Source: Callorhinchus milii
Lineage: Eukaryota
DNA length: 64,000 bases
Reading direction: 5' to 3'
Assembly: GCF_018977255.1 (NCBI RefSeq)
Contig: NW_024704743.1
Coordinates: forward strand, 76,260,001-76,324,000
Part shown: in pieces, positions 37,521-49,442 of the stretch
How the letters are laid out: the number at the start of each line of letters is the position of its first letter
Position numbering within the stretch: position 1 is the first letter of the stretch
Position numbers and translations under genes: made by a program
The notes under the pieces: model-generated
The model's database searches: none
What the model saw: the letters and a program-made list of their open reading frames with translations, nothing else
Told to the model about the DNA's origin: nothing

Positions 37521-40500
37521 ATGGTTCTAAAACTGCTGCATAAATAAACACATATACAAAGGTAAGGGCGTAAAACCAATTTATTAAGATTTTATAATAA
37601 ATGTAATGTATTCCATTCAGCGTTATAAACAGAAACACAATAGGCAATAATAATAATAATCGTTGTATTTGATATAGCGCTTTTCACGTCTTCTCGAAGT
37701 CTTAAAGTGCTTCACAGAATATACTGTAAAGTGAATTGACCGCATATTTGTGGGTCAAACGTGGCAGCCAATTGCGCACAGCAGTGTCCCACAGACAGTC
37801 ATGGATTGAAGTGACCAATTTAATATTTTTTTGAAGGAGTATTATAAAGATAGACTGTGCGTTCAAACACAATTTATTATAACAGTTCATTTAAAGGAAT
37901 GCTGGGGCTATTCATATGAACCATTGAGCTGAGCTAAGAGTTTTTAATCTTTTTGATTTGGGGGGAAGTTTTTTTTAAAATGACTCGTGGTTTGATCTGT
38001 ACATTACAATATTGGTACTTCACCCCAAGTTATTAAAGTTGCAACATTTTCCACATAAAGACAGATGGTCAGACTCCAGAGTGATAGTTTAAAAGGATGA
38101 GGCTGTTGTTAAGAATGTACATGTGCATGCAAACCTCCTGAACCCAAATAAAAACACACAGAAAAGTAAAATCATCTCATTATTAAAACTACAATAACAG
38201 AAGTCATTTATTATTACTTAATTATTTATTTTAGGATCAGAAATAAAGGGTTGGGGGGTTGGTCGTGGAGAAGTACTATTCGCTTATCAGCCAAAGCTGT
38301 GTTTTTATGTCCCACTGTAAGGGTGAGACATCGGCTAAAATTTGATAAAATTCTAGAGAATTATATGCAAAAAGTGAGGTAAGTAGTTTTGATGCATGCT
38401 AACTGGGTTAACTCTCGTTAGTTGCAGCATTTTGCTTCGGAACAAATCATTTTTAGTAACTTTTAAAAAAAATTCAAGGATGTCGCTTAAAAGCTTAAAT
38501 TCCGAAATAAAAGCAATAATTTGGAGGAGATTATGAATCAAGCAAAATTTACGTTCTCCTCACCACCCCCTGTCCCAAATAAACCAAAGTATACAAAGGT
38601 AAGGTAGTAAAACCATTTCGTTAGGATAGCTTGTCTATATTATATTCCATTCAAGGTTTATAAACAGAAACGCAAAAGACAAGGATATAAAGATAGGCAA
38701 GGCAGTGCGTTCAAGCACATGATGGAATATAATTTGCATCCTTGGAGGAGCAGGAATTGAGACACAAACAGGCAACACAAAACGGCGAGTGTGGTGACCC
38801 CTGTCTCTTTGGGGCAGCAGTCTTGCACCGTACATACAGTGCAGACAGACTGGATCCACAATTGAAATCGCACAGTAAAGTCCCATTCCACTTCATTAGA
38901 GGGCACTTTGTCCCAAGTCAATAACCTCAGCAAATATTAAAATTAACTTCTCTTAAAAATCTTCAAATTAGAAAATGCGATGCCCAGACAAATGGAAATA
39001 AACACGAATAGTTTGCAAACATGCTGTATATCAAACGTTTAGTTTCTGAAACCAGTTATAACAAAAGATCATTGACTGAAGGAAAACACCTTTTTTTATT
39101 TAGGCTAAATTTAGATGTAAATTTAATAATGAAGATGCCTTGTGGTATGGTTAGTATATCTTAAGATGCAGTTAGTACGAAAGAGCGCACTTTATTCATA
39201 GAATAAAATGGAGCTTAGCATCTGGTGGAGTTTAATCTGTGTTTAAATATTTATTATGGATTTTGTGAGCAGGTGTATCCCTGGGAGGGGAAGAAGTGAG
39301 GGTATTTACTCCATTCCAGACAGATGGAAACTTCCATGCTTATGTGGAACTATCAGTCATGTGATTTGGAGGTGTTTAAGACTGTGGATGGGGTTGAAAG
39401 TGAAGCAGACACCTGGGTGACCAAAAAAAACGAACAAATACGAATATAATTCAGGCAGAAACTAGTGGTACTCGATTTGTAACTTATAATGTCCGTTTAC
39501 TAAATTAGTTTTTCCCTTCCTTCCTCGTAACGTCTAAAAGAAAATGCCCATTTTCTCGTTTTAAAGAGGAAATACAAAACGTAATAATTAATGGTGAAAC
39601 TTCCCAACTGAGCAAATCTAAATGCAAGATTTTTAAAATCCTTTTTTTAAAAAAAATCTAAAGGCCAGAATGATAGCACTTTTTAAAAGAAATCACATTT
39701 ATTTTTCTCTATCTCTGCAGCAGAATTTTAAAGCATTCTGCCCATGGTGGACCTCAGTGTGAAAGGGCAACCGAGAGAGTGGGCCAGGATCTGAAATAAA
39801 TGCATGAAATAAATAAAATAAAAAATTTGGTCATTCAATCCACAACTGTTCGTGGGACCCTGCTGTGCACAATTGGCTGCTGTGTTTCGCCCACAAATAT
39901 AGTCAATTCGCTTTACAATAAAATTCTGTGAAATACTTTGAGACGTCTCAAAGACCTGATGAGGCGCTATTATTATTATATTATTAGTGCAAGGATTATT
40001 ATTATTAAATTCCGCACTTACAACACGTCTCGCCAGCAGGTTGTGCGTGGTGGATCAGAGATTGTTGCTGTTGCATGTTAAGTTGCGCACAAACATCGAG
40101 ACCAGAGAGTAGAAATAAAATGGTGTATTCTGTGAATGTTTGATGATTATGTTTTCACGTTATGAGCGGTAATTGCATTTTATTGTAAGTCCCACTCGTG
40201 GTATGTGTGCGATCTGAACTACAACACTGGTAATTCAGTTTAGGGCGAACCACACAGTGTATAGATTATTTATAAACAAGAGTAAACTCAAGCCATTTAT
40301 TTTGCTTCACTCTCAGTTAAACATGAATGTTTTTTTCAGTCGATTTGCATGTGGACAGATTCACCTTATGGGAGAAACCCTCAGTGGGATCGTAATGTTC
40401 GCGGGGGAAAAAAAACAATCAATAAGGGGGACACTGAAAGTTCAAACAGATCTGTCGGACATTTGTTAAACAGTGAAATGAACTAACATGAATCAAATGC

Positions 40501-43018
40501 AATCGAAATAATATGTGTATTGAAAACATGCACCACAAAATTACATGATGTTAAAGATGCAAGGGAATGTCCACGGAGATTATACACACCAGAAGACATT
40601 AAAATAGATCTGAAACAAATCCGTGTATTTTATCCACAATAGCCTCTTCTGTCTCCAGCCTGCTCATAGCTGCAATGCTGTATAATTCATGGTGAGAAGA
40701 TTGTAACCTTCTTCGATCAATTTTTAAATACCGTTTATCGCTAAAAAAAATTCTATTTGATAGACTTTCACGTTATGGGACATCTCAAAGCATTTCACGG
40801 GATTTACTGTAAAGTCCAGTAACTATATTTCATAGGCCAATGTAACAGTCAATTTGCACACAATAATGCCCGACAAACAGCCATGAAGAGAATGAACAAT
40901 TATATCTGGTGAATTGTTGGCCAGAACACCAGGAGAAACTTCCTTCACTTGATGAATAGTGCCATGGGATCTTCAAGGTGCACCTGAATAGGCAGACAGA
41001 CCTTGGTTTAAAATCTCATTGCAAGGACTGTTTCATTGATACATGTCTGATACTTAAAAACTCCTGCTCCCTGTATTCACTCTCTCCTCTTTGTTTTGTC
41101 ATAAAAAAGAAATAGTATCAAAGGAGTTTAAATAAAATGCTGCTTCTGTGGAATGAATTAGCTCTTCAGTTAATGGTGCTAAATTCTAAATTAGTGTACT
41201 GATCACTAACTGATCAACATTAGTGTAATTTTAATGTGTTGAATATGTAAAATGACATCTTACAAATAATTCCTAAAGTTTACAATCATGTGTGAATATT
41301 TTTCATGCTACCTTTATTACCCATTTTATTATTTATTTTTGAAATGATTAGCTATGTCGATCAACTCATTGGTAGTCATTGTCACAAATCAGTCTCCTAA
41401 CTATGAGATGGAAACTCATGTTACTTTTAAACAGAGTCTATGTTTACGTTTCGCCCACAGTTATTTACAGTATATTCTGTGATATATATATACATATTCG
41501 AAGACATGATAAGGCACTGTATCAAGTGCAAGAATTATTATATTATTATACTTTACCACTATAATTCCTTTAGTTGTGTGGTGCTCTGTTGATATTTCAG
41601 AGGTGCTTCCTCTTCTGTTGCAATCTTTTTTGTTTAGTCAGCCAGGTGTCTGACAAATCCAAAAAGATATGACAGTTCTTAAAGTATCCTATCCAAACTG
41701 AGAGTTCCCAATGTGTACGCCACCTACATATGGAAGTTTCCCTGAATGTGAAATGGAATGTGAAGTCTCTTCCTGGAAAGACGCCCCCTCACCGCTTACC
41801 TATTTACAGAGAGTAACAGGTGCAGGTTTCTGAAAACCAAGTTTTGGGAACCCAAGAGTGTATGTTGGGGTACTGCTGGAGTTTAATCACCTGCCATTGA
41901 GGACGGTCCAGCAAACTTTCCACAGCTTGTCTAACTGGCACTAGCATACCCACCAGAGCTTTGGTTTGCAAGGTTAACTGTTGCAGTTCCACCACTGCTA
42001 AGTTCTCTGAGACACTGTCCTGCATGGAGGGTGCTATATAAGTACAAGTTGTTGTGCTTGTTAACAATAGTTCAGTGGAAAGAATCCCTGCTTCCAGTGA
42101 AAAATCTAAATTTTCACATTTGTGTTGTTGAATAAAATAATAATTAATCCTTGCATTTAATATAGTGCCTTATCACGTCTTCGAGACATCTCAAAGAGAT
42201 TCACAGAATATACTGTAAAGTGAATTGACTGTATATTTTGTGTTTGAAATGCAGCAGCTAATTGCGCACAGCAGTGTCCTACAAACAGTTGTTTTAAATA
42301 CTTTTGGGGGTAGGATCATTATGGAAATAGGTGACAAAAAAGTTCCCTGATACGTGCTTCTCCGCACGTTGGCTTTTGTGGTATAATTAAGGGTGAATTA
42401 TACATGGTTGTAATATCTGCAAATGTCCACAATCCATGATTCTACATTATTGACCCACAGGAAAACTCCGAAACATTGCCTCAAATCAATAACAGGTTTT
42501 TAATATTAACAGTCTGACATACAGCAACTTTAAAAGCAGAAAATGGCAAACAAGAATAAAATATCAAATAGTTTGTGAAAGACAGAATACAGTTGAACGC
42601 ACACATATTATTAATTAACTTAAAACTGATGCAAATGAAAATATATCTCAATTCACAACAATATTAACAAAATGTATTCCATTATGCTTGAATCAATTCA
42701 GCTTTAAATTTTAATTTGCTGTCCAACATAATCATTTCAAAATATATTTCAGTAAACATTAACTTATCCGTTTGTATACTCATAAGCAAGTAATAGTAAG
42801 CGTTGCAAAACCATTTGGAATAGCAGTGTATGAATAGGTCTAAAGAATAGAAATATAAGTTTTCTATTAAAATTAAACCAAAATATTACATTCAGTAGAA
42901 ATGTATTAAAAATATAGGACTTCTTGATACATCAAAAACAGGTTAAATGTCACATTGCAATCAGCAAACTGCATTATGGACAGTAATAAGTAAGATATTT
43001 TCTGTATATGTAAGACAT

Positions 43019-43155
43019 TTAAAGTGGCTTTTGCTGCTCCTTGTACTCCATTCTGTAAAAGATGAAGCCAACAATGCCACAATACACCACGCTTTTCATC
43101 AGCAGTAGGGTGTAAGTGAAGGTGGTCAGTTGGAATGAGTTTATAGTTAGGTCGT
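43019..43155 (-). CDS. TRGC: TRGC exon 3 (transmembrane + cytoplasmic)
   Basis: tttcatcag|ac gac cta...cca ctt taa, with the intramembrane Lys of MKSVVY. Confidence 0.95.
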
Positions 43156-45667
43156 CTGATGAAACAAAAAAGAAGTCTCTTCAACACACTTTGAATTGCA
43201 CTTTAACACACTGCATAAGGAATTCAAAAATAATTTGTGCAGAAATGTTTCAAGGAAGTTACAAGTTAGAGGTAGGGTTAATCTAATGACAACATTTGCA
43301 TTATGACAATCTAATGAAACAAGGTTCAAACAAGATGATCATGAGACATAGACTGGAAAAAAAAATGGAAGATTTCCTGGACATTTGAGCAATTGTATTT
43401 AAACCCTATGTGTTTTTAAATTGCCATCTTTTTGCGGTTTTGAATTTGAAATGTTTATAGATGAGTCTGATGAAACTTCTGAGCTCTTACCAATGTTTCA
43501 ACACAACAACTTGCACTTATATAGCGTCTCAGAGCACTTAACAGTGGCGGAGCCTGACTTTAAGCTGGGGGTGGCGGGAGGGGGGGTGCAGCATGGGGGA
43601 TGGCTGTAATCACGATTGAAGGGGAAAGTTTCCAGGTGGGACTTAAAAAAGGGAAGAGAGGGGATAGATTGAAGGAGAGTGTTCCAGAGTTTCGGGACAT
43701 AGTGGCTGAAAGTGCGACCTCCGATGGTGGGGCGGAGGGTGCCAGGAACGAGTAGGAGGCTGGTGCCAGTCGAGTGGAGGTGCTGGGTGGTGGATTGGGA
43801 AGTGAGGAGGTTATAGAGTGAAGGGATTTGAATACGGGTGTGAGGTTCTTGGAAGTCGATCGGTTCGGTGATGGGGATCCAGTGTAGCCTGGCCAGAACT
43901 GGTGAGATGGGGGTACGGAGTTTGGTCTGGGTAAGTATGTGGCAGCTGAGTTCTGAACGAGCTGGATTTTTTGAATAGTAGAGCTGGGGAGACCGGCGAG
44001 GAGTGAGTTTGAGTAATCCAGGCAGGTGGTGACAATTGCATGCATGAGGGTTTAAGCTGCATTTGGGGGTAAGGTATGATTGCTGATCGGGACCCAGTAG
44101 AAACCAACAAGTTTCAAAACCTTTTTCTTTGTTTTTGACCCTTGAAAAATCTTGCATTTGATATAACATTAAAATCTGTCAAAGTGCTTCATAGGTAATT
44201 ACTGTCAAGTGTAGTGTATTTAGAGGGAAGTTATGAGGAAGATCAATACCTTTGTCTTCATTCCGTGTCCCATTACAGCTTTTAGACTTTGCATTAGTTG
44301 AGGGTTCACTTTCTGTTTTCGAATGAATAAGGGAATCAATTACAACAATAACCATAACAAGAACATAAATTAAAATCAGTTAAATCCGATCGTTTCTCAA
44401 ACCAATAAGGGGATAACTGATCCTTCTTTGAACACCCCTGTTCTATTTTATCAAGTCAAACAAAAAATAGAAATAGGACATACAAAATCTTATAGTCATA
44501 CAAAAACAGCTGGGCTTGAAATTTACAAGCCAACAATTGGTGATGTTACGTTTTGTTTATTTCGCTTGGATTTTTAAAACAAATGAATGCAGTTAAAAAA
44601 AAGTCCATACATTGCCACAACATGATTTTACTACCTGACCAGGAGTTAACTTTTCAATTAGTTTTCAATGATACAAATCGTGGCAATAAACCTAAAGGAG
44701 CGCTTTGTGTTTTGTTTTGCAGCAATTGCTGAGTTTCCTGGCTGTTTTGCTCATAATTAACTAATCCATTTTTAAAAAATATAGGTATTAAAAAAGGTGT
44801 TAAAAATACAGGTATTTGATGTCATTGCTTCTATTGCTTTTTTTAAACTAAATTGCGTTTCCTCATTACAAAATCAACACTGTATTATGAAGAACTGGCC
44901 TTAAATGAAATGCATTTCGTTAACTTCATATCAGAAAAGGAAGAGCACAGTGACAAATTCAGTGCTGGATATCTGGTTTAAAAAATCTCAAGTAAATTAT
45001 TCGTAAACCTGGGACAATATATTGTTTTGACGAAAGGTCATCGCCCTGAAACTTCAGCTCACTTTCCTCTCTCTGTAGATGCTGCCTGACCTGCTGAGTG
45101 CTCCCAGCGACTTCTGTTTTTATTTCAGATTTCCAGCCTCTGCAGCACGTTACCTTTTGTTTACAATATATATATTCCAATTTATATTAAACACTAGTTA
45201 AATAATAGCTATTTGTAATGAAGCTCTGTGCGTTAAGTGAAACATATCGACCTGAACACAGCGATCAATAGTTCTGATGTCAAAATACAGTGCAGGTTTC
45301 CCCTGACAAAAGGCAATACAAGTTACAAACGCAATAGAAACACGAACAGTACCTTTGGGAGATGTCTTCTTCCCGTTGGCGTGGACTTCTATGTTATCTT
45401 TTGAAGATTCATGTTGCACCCCGCATATGACTTTAGAATTTTTCCACTGAAGTTGTGTGACATTAAAACGGCTAATCACATAAGATGTTTCACCATTCTC
45501 CTTCTCAACGGGATCTGTTTCCCATTTACTCTGCTCGCCATCGGGTTTCCAGTAAACTTTGATAACATCGGGGTAAAAGCCAGTGATCAGGCAGACGAGC
45601 AGAAATTCAGTGTCGCTCTTGTCATTCTCGCGGAAAACTTGTATTTTAGGCGTTTCTGGTGACCTGT
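43019..45667 (-). CDS. TRGC: T-cell receptor gamma constant region, 3 exons (45667-45353, 44312-44250, 43155-43019)
   Basis: Ig-C1 exon with [18 protein letters not shown] and VICGVQHE. Connecting-peptide exon [20 protein letters not shown] has the interchain Cys. TM/cytoplasmic exon [36 protein letters not shown] has the gamma-type LLKSVVY motif. All junctions are phase 1 and GT-AG. The STARD3NL adjacency matches TRG synteny. Confidence 0.95.
43500..44100 (-). mobile_element. L2-clade LINE 3' fragment (TRGC intron 2)
   Basis: [31 protein letters not shown] and [10 protein letters not shown], plus the L2 tail. Confidence 0.88.
44250..44312 (-). CDS. TRGC: TRGC exon 2 (connecting peptide)
   Basis: 63 nt, aaacag|aa agt gaa...gac aaa g|gtattg, containing Cys and an NGT sequon. 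Confidence 0.88.
45020..45147 (+). mobile_element. Penelope-type short repeat (TRGC intron 1)
   Basis: ttgacgaaaggtcatcgccctgaaac...gatgctgcctgacctgctgag...cagatttccagc. Confidence 0.65.
45353..45667 (-). CDS. TRGC: TRGC exon 1 (Ig C1-set domain)
   Basis: 315 nt, acceptor ttttttag|ac agg tca and donor aaag|gtactg. Confidence 0.96.
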
Positions 45668-46291
45668 CTAAAAAGATTTTTTTTTTTTTAAAATGGATCA
45701 GAGCTCCAGATCTTGACATTTATGATCACAGTAAATGATTATTGACGAGCGTTAAACTTTGGTTCATGTCTCCTGTTTCTCTATCGGGAAGTGTTTTTTT
45801 TTGTGTGTGTGTATTCTATTTTTTCCTTTTTTTGGGGGGGATTTCAGCCAAGTTTTCAAATCGTACTTTAAATTTAAAATCACGAGGGGTTATTGACCCC
45901 TATTTGCTGGAGGTCAGAGAAAGCTCTGAAGTTAATGAACTGGTTTAATAGGGTGTCAGATCCACGTTGAACATTGCACAGTGGAAAAGTTTAATAATGT
46001 TTTGGTTCACCAAATTATAGGAGATGTGTTCTCTCCCTATACATGTGCTTTCACATTACTGACCTAATACCAACCTTCATTCCCACATAAGGCGTTCTCC
46101 CAGGTAGACATTGCGGAGATGGGTCGCTTGAGTAGTTATTTTAAGTCAATTACAAAGTTAGAGTTGTAGTTTTCTCCTAAGTGGGGCGATCCACTTTGTC
46201 AGCATTTTTTTTCTTTGCTCACGACATTTTAATAACGAGAATGTTGACCCACTCACCATATCTCCCCATCGTTTAGCGCAGATGGGTACAG

Positions 46292-46613
46292 TAATAATAA
46301 ATAATAATCCTTGCATTTGATATAGCGCTTTTCACGTCTTCAAGACGTCTCAAAGCACTTCACAGAATATACTGTAAAGTGAATTGACTGTATATTTGTG
46401 GGCGAACGCGACAGCCAATTGCGCACAGCAGTGACCCACAAACAGTCGTAGATTGAAAATGACCAATTTATTATTGTTTTTGGTTTTGGAGGGATTATTA
46501 TTAGGTTCTGTGTGGAGTAAGGAAACTTGCCCAAGGTTTTGCCCTGTCTGGGATTGAACTCAGGTCTCTCGCTTGCAAAGCGAGTACTCTAACCACTGAG
46601 CTACAGGACTCCA
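46292..46613 (-). mobile_element. tRNA-Ala-derived SINE, full length, young (J-C intron)
   Basis: Near-identical reverse complement of the copies at 47066 and 54167. Confidence 0.92.
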
Positions 46614-46881
46614 CCGAGCGAGAATACTTTAGTGTTTTACCCCACGAATCGCCGGGATCAGCGCGGTCTCTGGCCACGACACTGACCGGGTGAGCTCAAG
46701 CCCGGGTTCAGAGCCAAACACGTTTCTGTCCTTACAAGTGACTACAAGCACCGTATTGTACAAGTGACAAGACCCTCACCACAACTACTCGCGGGGAGGG
46801 TTTGAAATACATACACATCTCCCTTTACTGTCAACAAATTATATATGTATTATAGTCAACATCGCCTGCTGCAGAACTCAC

Positions 46882-46960
46882 CAGTAACTAGAAGTCTGGT
46901 CCCAGCACCGAAGATCTTTCTGTCGGATACTGCGCAGTGTTAAAGCGCCGCACAAGAACC
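46882..46960 (-). other. TRGJ: J-gamma segment (C-proximal; VSDRKIFGAGTRLLVT) + 12-RSS with defective heptamer
   Basis: Coding 46882-46932, donor GTGAGT. RSS read outward: CGCAGTG-12-ACAAGAACC (CAC changed to CGC). Confidence 0.88.
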
Positions 46961-47065
46961 CGCGCACCTGCCCTACACCCCGAGCTCACTGCAGCCTCAC
47001 ACAGAGCTGCGCTTCCAAGTTCAATTCCCATTCCCGTTGGAAAACGGGAGAAGTAACCCTTACTG

Positions 47066-47390
47066 TGGAGTCCTGTAGCTCAGTGGTTAGAGCACTCGCT
47101 TTGCAAGTGAGAGACCTGTGTTCAATTCCAGACAGAGGGCGAAACCTTGGGCAAGTTTCCTTACTTCACACAGAGCCTAATAATAGTCCCTCCAAAACCA
47201 AAAACAATAATAAATTGGTCATTTTCAATCTACGACTGTTTGTGGGACATTGCTGTGCGCAATTGGCTGCCGCGTTCGCCCACAAATATACAGTCAATTC
47301 ACTTTACAGTGTGTTCTGTGAAGCGCTTTGGGACGTCCTCCCGACGTGAAAAGCGCTGTATCAAATGCAAGGATTATTATTATTATTATG
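47066..47390 (+). mobile_element. tRNA-Ala-derived SINE, full length, young (inside the J array)
   Basis: Same head, body and tail as above, ending in (TTA)n. Confidence 0.92.
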
Positions 47391-47454
47391 ATTACTGTTA
47401 CTGTAATGCGATCGCTATTTTCTTCGTTACTCGGTCGCAAACGGACTCACTCAC

Positions 47455-47528
47455 CAGTAACCACCAGTTTTGTCCCGGTTCCGAAAGTGTAATATCCCCC
47501 CACAGTGCTAAAGGGACGCGCAGTAACT
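47455..47528 (-). other. TRGJ: J-gamma segment (GGYYTFGTGTKLVVT) + 12-RSS
   Basis: Coding 47455-47500, donor GTGAGT, RSS CACAGTG-12-GCAGTAACT. Confidence 0.93.
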
Positions 47529-47604
47529 ATTTCTACACATTCCTCTACAAAACTAACTAAACACTCCTCTACATTTTTGTCAAAAGCTCCGATCTGAGAC
47601 TTAC

Positions 47605-47679
47605 CTGTTACAGTCAACTTTGTCCCAGCGCCCAAGACTTTAGTTGTTGACCACAGCGCTACAGTACTGTACAGTAACT
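47605..47679 (-). other. TRGJ: J-gamma segment with non-canonical LGAG motif (STTKVLGAGTKLTVT) + 12-RSS
   Basis: Coding 47605-47651, donor GTAAGT, RSS CACAGCG-12-ACAGTAACT. Confidence 0.85.
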
Positions 47680-47866
47680 CGGTAAATAAACCAGGATCGC
47701 GGCTGCCTGACTGCAGACCAGAGCTGTGACTGCTGCTGTAGGTCAGTCAGTCGGTCAGTCAGTCCCTTGAGCTATTATGGGATCTTCAGACAATATAGAT
47801 GTGACCCCCAATAACAGCGAACACTGGATATTTCTCATCTTACTGCATTACTGAATAGAAACCTCC

Positions 47867-47913
47867 CAGTAACAAGGAGTTTAGTTCCTGTGCCAATAAT
47901 CTTCGATCATAGC
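47867..47913 (-). pseudogene. J-gamma pseudosegment (L*SKIIGTGTKLLVT)
   Basis: In-frame TGA, Phe replaced by Ile, donor GGAGGT instead of GT, heptamer decayed to TACAGTA. Confidence 0.75.
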
Positions 47914-48092
47914 TACAGTACAGCGCAACAGCTATAAACCTGCACCGCCCCGGTGATCTATGTCTCTACCTATGGCTTTCCAGATGTTTCAAGTTTTCTA
48001 CACTAAATATTGTGCAAGAACTAATACAGCCTTCCCCCTCTCTAGAGCATTCCCAAGGATATATGTACAAAGGCTTTCACAACGCATCTTTT

Positions 48093-48151
48093 TCGCAACA
48101 AGGAATTTAGATCCGGCGCCAACTATATTCCGGTCATTATAATACAACAAC
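48093..48151 (-). pseudogene. Degenerate J relic (NDRNIVGAGSKFLVA)
   Basis: xGxG-x-K-x-L-V spacing retained and CACAGCA adjacent at 48152, but no donor site. Confidence 0.45.
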
Positions 48152-48403
48152 CACAGCAAAATTGCATTTGTAAAGCAAATGTATCCTCGACACAGAATAA
48201 TAATCAATGTCTCACGCATGGTGCCATGCAGGGCGCTATAATAATTATAAAGCCACAGCGATGAATTGACTGTCTGTCTTCCACGTCTGTTAATATTTTG
48301 CTACACTACATACGGTGCAAATCGACGATAAGAACTATAACTGTCCCCTCTATAACAGCGTACACATATGCAACATCCACACTCACGCCGTGTATTCATT
48401 TAC

Positions 48404-48476
48404 CTGTAACGATGAGCTTAGTTCCAGTGCCGAACACTTTGTAACCTGCACAGTGTTAAGGCGCAGTACAATAACT
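48404..48476 (-). other. TRGJ: J-gamma segment (GYKVFGTGTKLIVT) + 12-RSS
   Basis: Coding 48404-48448, donor GTAAAT, RSS CACAGTG-12-ACAATAACT. Confidence 0.93.
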
Positions 48477-48625
48477 ATAGTGTTACAGCGCTGGAGCGAT
48501 TGGCTGATCAACAGGTCTTTTAATATTTTCCTACACCAAATACTGGGCCATCGCTGATAAGAGCTGCCCCCACGAATACTCTCAGATAGCAGCAGAGTAG
48601 ATCCTCGCAATTTACCTTTCCTTAC

Positions 48626-48709
48626 CTGTAACAAGGAGTTTAGTCCCAGTGCCGAATACCATCCTTCTGCCTCCAGCTGTACACCGTGTTACAGCGCAAT
48701 ACATTAAGT
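48626..48709 (-). other. TRGJ: J-gamma segment (TAGGRRMVFGTGTKLLVT) + 12-RSS
   Basis: Coding 48626-48681, donor GTAAGG, RSS CACCGTG-12-ACATTAAGT. Confidence 0.9.
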
Positions 48710-48867
48710 ATGGGAGACAGGACCCTGTCGCCACTGAATGTTCTCAGGCTGTTTGGACACTTTGGACACCAAACCATGTGTTGTGCCATCACTAATAATA
48801 ACTAATCCCCTAAAAACATGCACACAATATGTAACGGTGTTAACACATAACACAGTGACTCTCTTAC

Positions 48868-48952
48868 CGGTGACAATGAGTTTAGTTCCAGTGCCAAATA
48901 TCTTCCGCGAGTAACCAGTGGAAGCACAGTGTTACAGTGCCATACAATAAAT
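48868..48952 (-). other. TRGJ: J-gamma segment (STGYSRKIFGTGTKLIVT) + 12-RSS
   Basis: Coding 48868-48924, donor GTAAGA, RSS CACAGTG-12-ACAATAAAT. Confidence 0.93.
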
Positions 48953-49098
48953 ATGGAAGATACGACCCAGTAACTGCTGAATGATCTCCAGACCTTTTGA
49001 TATTTTCCCAAACCACATGCCGTGTCATCACTAACACGAACTAATGACTGCCCCACAATAACCTCCCGGCACATTGTACCTGCACCACAGAGACTTAC

Positions 49099-49187
49099 CG
49101 GTGACAAGGAGTTCAGTTCCAGTGCCGAATATTTGCTTTCCATAATATCCAGAGGAGTCCACGGTGTTACAGTGCAATACATTAACT
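49099..49187 (-). other. TRGJ: J-gamma segment (DSSGYYGKQIFGTGTELLVT) + 12-RSS
   Basis: Coding 49099-49159, donor GTAAGT, RSS CACGGTG-12-ACATTAACT. Confidence 0.91.
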
Positions 49188-49311
49188 AAAGGAAAGACAC
49201 TATTCTCTGCGGATCTTTCAATATTTTCTAACACCACACGATATGCCATCACTAGTAACTGCTATGACCCCTTCCTCGCTCTTTCCTTCTCAAATATTCC
49301 CGCATTGATAA

Positions 49312-49421
49312 TCTAACGAAGGGTTGATTCACTTCCCTTTCTCCATAGATGCTGCCTGACCTGCTGAGTGTTCCCAGCGACTTCTGTTTTTGTTTCAGAT
49401 TTCCAGCATCTGCAGTATTTT
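49312..49421 (+). mobile_element. Penelope-type short repeat inside the J array
   Basis: gatgctgcctgacctgctgagtgttcccagcgacttctg...cagatttccagcatctgcag; the core is partly deleted. Confidence 0.7.
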
Positions 49422-49442
49422 ACGTTTCATTGATATTCTTAC

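Noticed and set aside
45353-45667. TARP-like alternative-frame ORF in C-gamma exon 1
   Set aside because: Alternative-frame ATG ORFs on the sense strand are only about 12 and 30 codons and do not resemble TARP.
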